From positions 320,001 to 384,000 of the forward strand of contig CAVPPB010000002.1 in the NCBI GenBank assembly GCA_963707215.1: DNA of 64,000 nucleotides. The letters run 5' to 3'. Below are positions 33,421 through 41,433 of this stretch, one piece after another; positions within the stretch are counted from its first letter, which is position 1, and the number at the start of each line of letters is the position of its first letter. The notes beneath the pieces are model-generated. The model was not told where the DNA came from. It was given only the letters and a program-made list of their open reading frames with translations, and searched no databases. The translations under genes and the position numbers were made by a program. The DNA comes from an uncultured Chloroflexia bacterium (GTDB taxonomy: Bacteria; Chloroflexota; Limnocylindria; Limnocylindrales; CSP1-4).

Positions 33421-34585
33421 GCCCCCGCCGGCTCCGTCGGCCGAGACGCTCGCCGAACGGATCGCCGCTGCCCGGAGGCTGGCCGAGGCACAGGGGATCT
33501 CGGGCCTGCTCATCGGGGTCGGGGCCGATCTGCGCTACCTGACCGGCTATACCGCCCTGCCCCTGGAGCGACTGACGCTGCTCGTGCTGCCGGTCACCGG
33601 ACCGGTCCGCCTGGTGGTCCCGCGGCTGGAGGCGCTCCCGGCCGGGACCTGCCCGGCCTCCCTGGCAGGACTCGTCCAGGTCGTTCCCTGGGACGAGACC
33701 GACGATCCGTTCGCCGTCGTGGCCGACCTGGTCAGGCCATCGACCGACCACCCGGCCGAGCTGATCGACCGATTCGCGGTGTCCGATCGGCTCCCGGCGG
33801 CGTTCCTGCTCCGCCTCCAGGATGCGCTCCCGTCGGCACGATTCGGCCTGGCCTCGGCCGTGCTGGGCGAGCTGCGGATCCGGAAGGATCCCTCCGAGGT
33901 GGACCTACTTCGGACCGCCGCAGAGGCAGCTGATCGGGTGGTCCTGGCGATCGCCGCAGGCCCGCTCCTCGGGCGCACCGAGGCCGATGTCGCCCGGGAG
34001 GTCCGGGACCGGCTCATCGCCGAGGGCCACGACAGCGCCGAGTTCGCCATCGTCGCCTCGGGCCCGAACTCGGCCTCGCCCCACCATCACGCCGGTGACC
34101 GGGTCATCGGCCCCGGCGACCCGATCGTCCTCGACATCGGTGGTCCGCTCGGTGGCTACGGCTCCGACATCACCCGGACCCTGTGGGTGACCGGGGGCGA
34201 CCCCGCGCATGGGCCGGACGACGAGTTCGTGGCCATCCACGCCCTGGTCCGAGAGGCCCAGGCTGAAGCCACCCGAGCCGTCCGGCCGGGTGTCGCGGCC
34301 GAGGGGATCGACGGTGTCGCCCGGGCGGTCATCGACCGCGGCGGCTACGGCGACCGGTTCATCCACCGCGTCGGCCATGGCATCGGCCTGGAGGGCCACG
34401 AGGAGCCGTACCTGGTCGACGGGAACGGGACGCTCCTCGAGCCAGGCATGGCCTTCTCGATCGAGCCCGGGATCTACCTCGAGGGCCGCTATGGCTGCCG
34501 CCTCGAGGACATCGTCGTCTGCGGTGATACCGGCCCGATCATCCTCAACCGGGCTCCGCTCGACCTGCTCGTCGTCGACGGCTGA
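33413..34585 (+). CDS. Xaa-Pro aminopeptidase (M24)
   Basis: DLRYLTGY, SDITRT, HRVGHGIGLEGHE and EPGIY...RLED. Confidence 0.93.
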   Translation: MAEPPPAPSAETLAERIAAARRLAEAQGISGLLIGVGADLRYLTGYTALPLERLTLLVLPVTGPVRLVVPRLEALPAGTCPASLAGLVQVVPWDETDDPFAVVADLVRPSTDHPAELIDRFAVSDRLPAAFLLRLQDALPSARFGLASAVLGELRIRKDPSEVDLLRTAAEAADRVVLAIAAGPLLGRTEADVAREVRDRLIAEGHDSAEFAIVASGPNSASPHHHAGDRVIGPGDPIVLDIGGPLGGYGSDITRTLWVTGGDPAHGPDDEFVAIHALVREAQAEATRAVRPGVAAEGIDGVARAVIDRGGYGDRFIHRVGHGIGLEGHEEPYLVDGNGTLLEPGMAFSIEPGIYLEGRYGCRLEDIVVCGDTGPIILNRAPLDLLVVDG

Positions 34586-34657
34586 CGTCACCCGGTCGGC
34601 CGCCGGCCCACCGGAACGCCTGGGGCGATGCCGGCAGACCCGGGGTATCATCGGCCG

Positions 34658-34780
34658 ATGGGCAGCCAGGAGGTTCGCCCGCCTGACGGCCGAGAGATGA
34701 CCTTGATCGAACCGCGACGCCCCGGCGTCGCCCCATTCGCCGCCATGCTCGTCGTCGCCCCTCGGGGGAGGGTCCGATGA
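34658..34780 (+). CDS. Possible leaderless 40-aa uORF coupled to the 34777 gene
   Basis: TATCAT-N6-ATG; stop overlaps the next start (ATGA). Confidence 0.3.
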   Translation: MGSQEVRPPDGREMTLIEPRRPGVAPFAAMLVVAPRGRVR

Positions 34781-35403
34781 GTCGACGCGGCCACCGGGGA
34801 CGTCCCGGACGCCGCTCCTCGGGCCCCGCCAGCAGCGCCGTCCGGGGCCCGGCGCCCGCGCCCGGCCCCAGTGCCCGACCCGAGGACGGCGAGGCGACCT
34901 CGGCGTCGGCTGCGCCCGCCCCAGGCCAGCGTGCGCTGCCTCCATCGGCCGCCCGTGCCGACGGTCCGGCCCGGGTTCCTGCGGACGGGCCGACCGGCAA
35001 CGGCAACCTCCCGCACCTGGAGCGACCCGAGCCGGCGGCCGACCGGGCGCTCGGCACGGCCGTGACCCCTCGACGCGAGCCTGACGGCGAACCCGGCGCC
35101 AACGGTGCGGATGGCCAGGGCCGGAGCGGCGCCACACTCGCCCAGCTCCGCAGGTTCATCAAGAGCCGCCCCTACATGCCGATGCACGAGCTTCGACGCC
35201 GCTTCAGCCTGGACTGCGAGGCTGACGAAGTGCACTCGATCGACATCGGCGGCCGGTACCTCTACGTCGGCCTTCCCGAGCGCGAGGCGGGCTTCGTCGG
35301 CGAGCTGATCCGGACCGGCGAGGTGGGCTACGAGCTCCTGTTGGACCCGACCTGCCCGCTCGTCATCGGCGTCTACGCGATGCGCCCCGTGGTGCGGTCC
35401 TGA
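34777..35403 (+). CDS. Hypothetical protein with a disordered N-terminus and a compact C-terminal domain
   Basis: RBS GGGGAGGG. C-terminal ~90 aa (LRRFIKSRPYMPMHELRRRF...GVYAMRP) look globular. Confidence 0.65.
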   Translation: MSRRGHRGRPGRRSSGPASSAVRGPAPAPGPSARPEDGEATSASAAPAPGQRALPPSAARADGPARVPADGPTGNGNLPHLERPEPAADRALGTAVTPRREPDGEPGANGADGQGRSGATLAQLRRFIKSRPYMPMHELRRRFSLDCEADEVHSIDIGGRYLYVGLPEREAGFVGELIRTGEVGYELLLDPTCPLVIGVYAMRPVVRS

Positions 35404-35416
35404 CCGCACCCTTCGC

Positions 35417-35432
35417 TGTCGGCTGGACGACA
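35417..35432. promoter_or_regulatory. Crp/Fnr (CooA-type) palindrome TGTCG-N6-CGACA
   Basis: TGTCG GCTGGA CGACA, 46 bp from the candidate -10 CAAGAT (35478) of the DVEGH peptide gene. Confidence 0.7.
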
Positions 35433-35530
35433 GGAGGGGCGTCGTCAGGGCGGCTGGACGCAGTGGGCGGCTGCCGCCAAGATGGAGCGGACGCGACGAG
35501 CGACCCGTCGCCGCAGTGGGGTTCGAGACC

Positions 35531-35731
35531 ATGACGAAGCAGCAGAAGCCGATCGAACCGGACGACGCGGCCCCCCGCGTCGCCGAGGACGAGGACGACG
35601 TCGAAGGGCACAACATGATGCCGCTCGACCCGTCGTCTGCTCGCCATCTGGCGGGCGCGCGCGAGCGCGAGATCCGCAGCGACCTCGCCCGGCGCCAGCG
35701 CGAGCATGAGGCTCGACCGCACAAGCGCTGA
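35531..35731 (+). CDS. Small DVEGH-motif peptide (66 aa)
   Basis: MTKQQKPIEPDDAAPRVAEDEDDVEGHNMMPLD...; followed by a terminator hairpin. Confidence 0.75.
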   Translation: MTKQQKPIEPDDAAPRVAEDEDDVEGHNMMPLDPSSARHLAGAREREIRSDLARRQREHEARPHKR

Positions 35732-35750
35732 CCGACCGCCGGCCACGACG

Positions 35751-35779
35751 AGCGGCGTCCCCCGGGGCGCCGCTTCTTC
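35751..35779 (+). terminator. Intrinsic terminator-like hairpin
   Basis: Stem AGCGGCGTCC/GGGCGCCGCT followed by TCTTC. Confidence 0.6.
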
Positions 35780-36047
35780 GTGTGCGTCACGCCCGACATG
35801 AGCTTGGTCCCGCCGGACCGGTCCGGGTCCCCGGCACGACTCGGGACCCGTTCGGTCGTGGCGCTCCGTCGGAGTCGCCTGGGCGACAGGACGGAGGGCG
35901 CCGGCGCGACGGCTCGGCGGCCGGCCCGTCGACAGCCCAGACGTCGTCCAGGGGATCGCCCCGGTGGGACGACCGGGGCACCATGAGGGCATCGATTGAA
36001 CGGACCCGAGCAGCACCAGCCGCGAGGGTCAGGAAGGGGACCGACCG

Positions 36048-36272
36048 ATGCTCGACACGAACAGCCGCTACATCGTCGCCAGCCGGACGATCGACGACCG
36101 CCTCGCCGAGGTCCGTCGAGCTCACGTCCTTCGCGAGGCCCGCGCCGGCGAGGACCAGCTCAAGGTCTCGACGCGGGTCCAGCGGGGGCCATCGCTTCTC
36201 GATCGCCTCGTCGCGGCGGTCGGCGCCCTTGGCGCCGGCGACCGGACCGCTCGCCCGGCAGGCGCTCGCTAG
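36048..36272 (+). CDS. Small hypothetical protein (74 aa)
   Basis: RBS AGGAAGGGG; MLDTNSRYIVASRTIDDRLAEVRRAHVLREAR... Confidence 0.6.
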   Translation: MLDTNSRYIVASRTIDDRLAEVRRAHVLREARAGEDQLKVSTRVQRGPSLLDRLVAAVGALGAGDRTARPAGAR

Positions 36273-36402
36273 GATCTCGCCGTCCTCGATCGTTCCCCTC
36301 CCGCCCGGAGTGCCGGGTTGTCACTCCCGGACCGGCCCGCGTAGCATGACTCGCGGGCCGGTCCGTTCGTTTGCCTCGGGCCCGGCGGCAGGAGAGGTTG
36401 GC

Positions 36403-37104
36403 ATGTCGGAGGACGACGGCTTCGCGCTGGAGGCGCTCCGCCGGTGCGCGCTCTTCGCCCAGGCCGACGAGGCGACGCTCCGTTCCTGCGCAGCCCAGCT
36501 GCGGACGAGACGCTTCCGCCGCGGCGAGACCATCTTCCACCAGGGCGATCCGGGAGACTCGCTGTTCATCATCCAGGACGGCTCGGTCAAGATCGTCCTC
36601 CCGTCACCCGAGGGCGAGGAGGCAGCCATCATCGCGACCCTGGGTCGCGGCGACTTCTTCGGTGAGCTGGCGCTCCTCGATGGGGCCTACCGCTCGGCCA
36701 CGGCCGTCGCGGTCGAGGCGTCCGAGACGCTGGTGCTGCGGCGAGAGCCGTTCGCCGCCCTCATCGACAGTGACCCCGGCCTGCGCCACGCGCTCCTGGC
36801 TGGTCTCGCAGCCGAACTGCGGCGCCTGACCGGTCACGTCGAGGAGCTCCACTTCCTGGACCTGCCAGGCCGGCTCGCGAGCCGGCTCGTCCGGATGGCC
36901 CAGGAACAGGACCCGGCTGCCAGCGGCGAGGTCGTGCTCGCCTGGCCGTTCACCCAGTCGGAGCTGGCCGCCATGATCGGGGGGACGCGGCAGACCGTGA
37001 ACCGGCTGCTCGCCGACCTGGTCGCCCAGGACCTCATCCGGTTCGAGCCCGACCGGCTGGTCATCACGGACCTCGAGCGCCTCTCCCGGGCGGCCGAGCG
37101 TTGA
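36403..37104 (+). CDS. Crp/Fnr family transcriptional regulator
   Basis: IFHQGD, FFGELALLDGAYRSATA cNMP motif and HTH TQSELAAMIGGTRQTVNR. Confidence 0.95.
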   Translation: MSEDDGFALEALRRCALFAQADEATLRSCAAQLRTRRFRRGETIFHQGDPGDSLFIIQDGSVKIVLPSPEGEEAAIIATLGRGDFFGELALLDGAYRSATAVAVEASETLVLRREPFAALIDSDPGLRHALLAGLAAELRRLTGHVEELHFLDLPGRLASRLVRMAQEQDPAASGEVVLAWPFTQSELAAMIGGTRQTVNRLLADLVAQDLIRFEPDRLVITDLERLSRAAER

Positions 37105-37132
37105 ACGCCGGTCGCGGGATCCGGCGCGGCCG

Positions 37133-37939
37133 ATGACGAGCCAGGGCCCGCCAGAAGCCTCCGACCTCGAGCGCGCCCTCGAGGCACTCCGGGCGGTGGC
37201 CCTCAGGGCCGAGGCTGCCCGGCGGCTCGAGCTCGGGAGCGGCGAGGCCGTCCTGCGGTCGGTCGTGGAGGCGGCCGTCTCCCTCTTCGACGCCGAGGCC
37301 GCGTCGATCGCGCTCTACGACCCGAGCGCGGATCGGCTGGTGTTCCTGGTCGCCGCCGGCGACCAGGGCCAGGGCGTCGTTGGCCTGTCGATCGGGCCCG
37401 ATCAGGGTCTCGTCGGCTACGTGTTCCAGACCGGTCAGCCGCTGGCCCTGTCGGATGTCCAGCGGGACCCCAGATTCGGGCGCTCCTTCGCCGAGAAGAC
37501 GGCCTACATCCCCCGGTCGATCGTCGCGGTGCCGCTCCTTGACGAGCAGGGCACCGTCGGGGTCCTCGAGGTCCTCGACAAGCGCGACGCGACGGCCTTC
37601 AGCCTGCGCGACATCGAGCTCACCTCGGTCTTCGCCCGCCAGGCGGCCGTCGCCATCCGCTCATCGCGGGTGGAGCGTGAGTCTGCCCTCCTCCTGGAGG
37701 AGGTGCTCCGGGCGACCCTCGGCGACCAGGTCGACGACCGGACCGTCGATGTCCTGGTGGCCGCGGCCGTCGATGATCTCGCCCGCGACGACACGGGAGC
37801 CCTCTGGGCGCTCGTCGAGCAGGTCGCCCGGGTCCGCCGGGCCGATCCGGATCAGCTCGCCCTCGTCACGGACCTGCTCGCCGTGCTGGCCGATCACGCC
37901 GGGCGCGGCCGAGCCGGTCGCCGGGCCCGTCGCGCCTGA
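37133..37939 (+). CDS. Stand-alone GAF domain protein
   Basis: AEAASIALYD...GLVGYVFQTG...DPRF...SIVAVPL...GVLEVLDK...FS..D. Confidence 0.88.
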   Translation: MTSQGPPEASDLERALEALRAVALRAEAARRLELGSGEAVLRSVVEAAVSLFDAEAASIALYDPSADRLVFLVAAGDQGQGVVGLSIGPDQGLVGYVFQTGQPLALSDVQRDPRFGRSFAEKTAYIPRSIVAVPLLDEQGTVGVLEVLDKRDATAFSLRDIELTSVFARQAAVAIRSSRVERESALLLEEVLRATLGDQVDDRTVDVLVAAAVDDLARDDTGALWALVEQVARVRRADPDQLALVTDLLAVLADHAGRGRAGRRARRA

Positions 37940-37945
37940 GCCGCG

Positions 37946-38783
37946 ATGACCGACGAGGCGCTCCTGCCCGCCTGGAGCGAGCCGTTCGCCGGCGAGCGAC
38001 GGACCAGGCTGAGCCACCTGCCGCCATTCGGACGGCTCGGGCGCGACTGGGCCTGGGGAGGGTCCGACGGCAGCGGCTGCACGGTCGCGATCATCGACTC
38101 GGGGATCGAGCCCGATCACCCCGACGTCGGCGGTCGGTTGCTCCGGAGCGTCGTCGTCGAGCTCGACGCGGAGGGCGAGCCGGTCGTCCGCGACGACCCC
38201 GAGGCTCGCGACGTCGTGGGACACGGCACGGCCTGCGCCGGGATCGTCCATGCGCTTGCCCCGGGGGCGGACATCCTGTCCATCCGCGTGCTCGGCCCCG
38301 ACAACCGCGGCAAGGGCGCGGTCTTCGCCGCCGGCCTGGACTGGGCGATCGAGGCCGGTGCCAGCGTCGTCAACCTGAGCCTGTCGTCGAAGAGCGAGGC
38401 CCTGTTCGGGGTCTTCCACGACCTCGCCGATCGGGCCTACTTTGCGAACACTCTGCTGGTCTCGGCCGCCAACAACTACCCGGGTGCGTCGTACCCGTCG
38501 CTCTTCGCCGCGGTGGTCTCGGTCGCCGCCCACGATCTCGCCGATCCGGCCGTCTACCTCTACAACCCGGATCCGCCCGTCGAGTTCGGAGCCCACGGCG
38601 TCGACGTCGAGGTCGCCTGGCGGGGCGGTACGCCGGATGGTCGCCACGGGCAACAGCTTCGCGGCCCCGCACATCGCCGGGTACGCGGCGCTGATCCGTT
38701 CCAAGCACCCGGAGGCGTCCCCGTTCGAGGTGAAGGCGATCCTCGCGGCGACCGCCGACAACGCCCGCGCCCCGGTCGGCTGA
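37946..38783 (+). CDS. S8 (subtilisin) serine peptidase with no signal peptide, frameshifted near 38630
   Basis: IIDSG and HGTACAG in one frame; GNSFAAPH in the shifted frame. Confidence 0.88.
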
Positions 38784-38937
38784 TCAGCACCTGACCGGTC
38801 GGCCGAGGCGGACCCGGGACACGCGTCGCCGCCCGCCGGATCCGACGCTGGGCCGGGGGCGGGCGGCGGTGCTGAGGAACGGGAGCCGGGTCGTGGGAGC
38901 GAGGCCCGGCGGGACCCGTCCGATCAGGTGGTCGGTC

Positions 38938-39423
38938 TCACTCCCCGCTGTTCCGGGCAGTCCGGAAGCCGTGGCCCTCGACGTCGTCGTCCTCGGTGGC
39001 CTTCGGCACTGCGCCCTCGCGCGGGATCCCCGCCTCGCGCGGCACCCCTGCCTCACGGGGCAATCCGGCCTCGCGGGGCTGGCCGAAGCCGTGGCCCTCG
39101 ACGTCGTCTTCGGTCGGGACGGCGCCCTCGCGCGGGATGCCCGCCTCGCGCGGGATGCCCGCCTCGCGCGGGATGCCCGCCTCGCGCGGCACCCCTGCCT
39201 CACGGGGCAATCCGGCCTCGCGGGGCTGGCCGAAGCCGTGGCCCTCGACGTCCTCGTCACCGGTGGCCCGGGGGACGGCGCCTTCGCGCGGGATCCCCGC
39301 CTCGCGCGGCACCCCGGCCTCACGGGGCAATCCGGCCTCGCGGGGCTGGCCGAAGCCGTGGCCCTCGACGTCCTCGTCGTCGGACTCCCGCGTACGCATG
39401 AAGCCCTCGTTCTCGTTGACCAT
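38938..39423 (-). CDS. Multi-cassette DVEGH/PREAG repeat protein (161 aa)
   Basis: RBS GGAGG. Four DVEGHGF motifs separate blocks of 4, 6 and 4 PRE(AG/GA)(L/V/I) hexapeptides. Confidence 0.8.
   Translation of the reverse strand: MVNENEGFMRTRESDDEDVEGHGFGQPREAGLPREAGVPREAGIPREGAVPRATGDEDVEGHGFGQPREAGLPREAGVPREAGIPREAGIPREAGIPREGAVPTEDDVEGHGFGQPREAGLPREAGVPREAGIPREGAVPKATEDDDVEGHGFRTARNSGE
38965..39375. repeat. Nested tandem repeat: 18-bp units inside three ~110-140-bp cassettes
   Basis: Recurring GAAGCCGTGGCCCTCGACGTC (4x) and CCCGCCTCGCGCGG-type units. Confidence 0.9.
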
Positions 39424-39529
39424 GTCGTTCCTCCGCTGGGAGCCGGTCGGCGGGCCGATCGCCCGCGGCTACCAGGGCAGACTACCGTGCGTGTCGAGAC
39501 TCGGCGTAGCGGCGTGGTGACCGCTCCGC

Positions 39530-39545
39530 TGTCGCCGAGCCGACA
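39530..39545. promoter_or_regulatory. Crp/Fnr (CooA-type) palindrome TGTCG-N6-CGACA
   Basis: TGTCG CCGAGC CGACA, 46 bp from the minus-strand -10 TAGTCT (39484-39479). Confidence 0.7.
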
Positions 39546-39565
39546 CCGCAGGCGACGGCACCGAC

Positions 39566-41233
39566 CTAGGGACGGCGGACGCCCGGTCCCCGATACAACT
39601 CCATGAGGCGGACCGACAGGCCAGGTCCGGCACCCACGAGCGCGAGGAAGTCGGAGCCGTCGAGGACGAGGAGTCGGCCCTCGGACAGGGCGGTCACGGT
39701 CGCGGTCCGGGGCGTCTCGCGGAGCAGGCCGAGCTCGCCGAAGACTCGGTCCGGGCCGAGCTCCCGGAGTCGCACCGGCTGCCCGTCGGCGTCCGCCTGG
39801 TCCACGGCGAACCGGCCATCCTCGATGACGTAGAAGCGGTCGGCCGGCTCGCCCTCCCGCACGACGACCTGGCCGGCCGCGACCGTCAGGGGCTCGAGGC
39901 GGGCGACGGCCGCCTCCATGGCCGCCGGGGGCACGCCTGCGAAGAGCGGAAGGCCGGCGACCCGCCGCAGCGTCGCCGACGGCCCATCCGGGGCCATACT
40001 CAGGTCAGGGCCGACGAGCGCGACGGCGACGACCGCGGCGACCACGACCGCCGCACCGGTCGCAGCGAGGACCGGCAGCGGCCCGAGGCTGTCGGCCAGC
40101 ACCGGGACCACCAGCGAGCCCGCGGCGTACGCCAGCGTGGAGACGGTCAGGATCCCGCCGAGGGCCCGTCCGCGGATGGCATCCGGGACGAGCCGTTGGA
40201 AGACGGTCGTCCCGACGACCTCGACGATCAGGCTGCCGGTCGCCGTCGCGGCCATCGCCACGAGGGCGAGCGCGACGATGTCGGCCGCCCCGAGTACGGC
40301 GAGCCCGATGCCCAGCAGCACCGCCCCACCGAGGAGCGGCCCGGCGAGCGACGGACGGAGCACGAGTGCGCCGCTGCCGACCGCGCCGATGAGCCCGCCC
40401 ACCCCGATCGCCGCATTGAGGTAGCCGGTCACCTCCTCGCCGGCCCCGAGCTGGTCGCTCGCCAGCAGGACCGTCAGGACGCCCAGCCCGCCGAACGCGA
40501 ACCCGCCCACGACGTCGAGCGTGCCCAGCCCGATCAAGGGGCGCAGGACGGGCCGGAGCAGCGAGGCAGCGGTCTCGGACGGGGCATCGTTCTTGGCTGG
40601 GGCGTCGCCACCGGGCGCGGGCGTCCCGGCGTCGTCGCGGCTGACCGTGCCCTTCGATGACGGCAGCGTCCAGAGGACGATCGCGACGATCCCGAACGTG
40701 ATCGCGTTGAGGATGAACGCCAGTCCCAGGTCGGCGACCGCCAGCAGCAGCCCGGCCAGGCCCGGTCCGACGATGAAGGCCAGGTTGTCGAGCCCGGCCC
40801 AGGCGCTGTTGGCCGGCCCGAGCTCGCGCTCGTCGCGGACCAGGGTCGGCAGGTAGGACCCGATGGCCGGCCCGAAGAACGCCGAGAAGCAGGTCGCCAC
40901 GATGGCCACGAGGACGATCCCGACGAGGGGACCGTCTGTGAGGACCAGCCAGGCCAGGACCACCATGCAGAGGCCCCGCGCGAGGTCGGTCGTGAAGAGC
41001 ACGAGCCGGCGGTCGAAGCGGTCGGCGGCCAGCCCGGCCGGTAGCGAGAGGACCACGTAGGGCAGCACCCGGGCGGCCCCGACGAGACCGAGAAGGAAGG
41101 CGTCGTTGCTCTCGCGGTAGACGACGACGAGCAGGGCGACGAGGTAGAGCCAGTCGCCGATCGACGAGACGAACTCGCCGGCCAGGAGCCGTGTCACCGG
41201 TCGGTTCGACAGCAGCGCGCGGTAGGTCGCCAT
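39566..41233 (-). CDS. MFS transporter fused to a C-terminal cyclic nucleotide-binding domain
   Basis: GLAADRFDRR motif A, about 12 TMs, then VVREGE...FGELGLLRETPRTATV. Confidence 0.9.
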   Translation of the reverse strand: MATYRALLSNRPVTRLLAGEFVSSIGDWLYLVALLVVVYRESNDAFLLGLVGAARVLPYVVLSLPAGLAADRFDRRLVLFTTDLARGLCMVVLAWLVLTDGPLVGIVLVAIVATCFSAFFGPAIGSYLPTLVRDERELGPANSAWAGLDNLAFIVGPGLAGLLLAVADLGLAFILNAITFGIVAIVLWTLPSSKGTVSRDDAGTPAPGGDAPAKNDAPSETAASLLRPVLRPLIGLGTLDVVGGFAFGGLGVLTVLLASDQLGAGEEVTGYLNAAIGVGGLIGAVGSGALVLRPSLAGPLLGGAVLLGIGLAVLGAADIVALALVAMAATATGSLIVEVVGTTVFQRLVPDAIRGRALGGILTVSTLAYAAGSLVVPVLADSLGPLPVLAATGAAVVVAAVVAVALVGPDLSMAPDGPSATLRRVAGLPLFAGVPPAAMEAAVARLEPLTVAAGQVVVREGEPADRFYVIEDGRFAVDQADADGQPVRLRELGPDRVFGELGLLRETPRTATVTALSEGRLLVLDGSDFLALVGAGPGLSVRLMELYRGPGVRRP

Positions 41234-41433
41234 CGCGCCCATCGCTACGGCGCCCACGTCCGCGTGCTCGACCCCTCCGCCATCGGGGGAGTGTACGGCT
41301 CGTCCCGCCGCTCGCGCCGGTCGTCGGGGTGCGGACAGGACCATCGAAGGGTGGTCTGCGCTCCGGGCGGCGGGCAGGCTAGCGAGGTCGTCGGCGCGAC
41401 CGCGTCTGGGTCAAGGAAAGCGGGAGGCTCCCC

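Noticed and set aside
38625-38640. Inactivating frameshift in the S8 peptidase
   Set aside because: The full catalytic triad is present across a single indel near a G-run. Similar isolated indels occur near 10330, 17310, 43995 and 57245, so it is probably an artefact.
38869-39606. CRISPR array, or a + strand repeat protein (LARDAR repeats)
   Set aside because: There are no unique spacers or cas genes, and unit lengths are multiples of 3. The minus-strand ORF has the RBS, promoter and shared motif, so the + ORFs are shadows.
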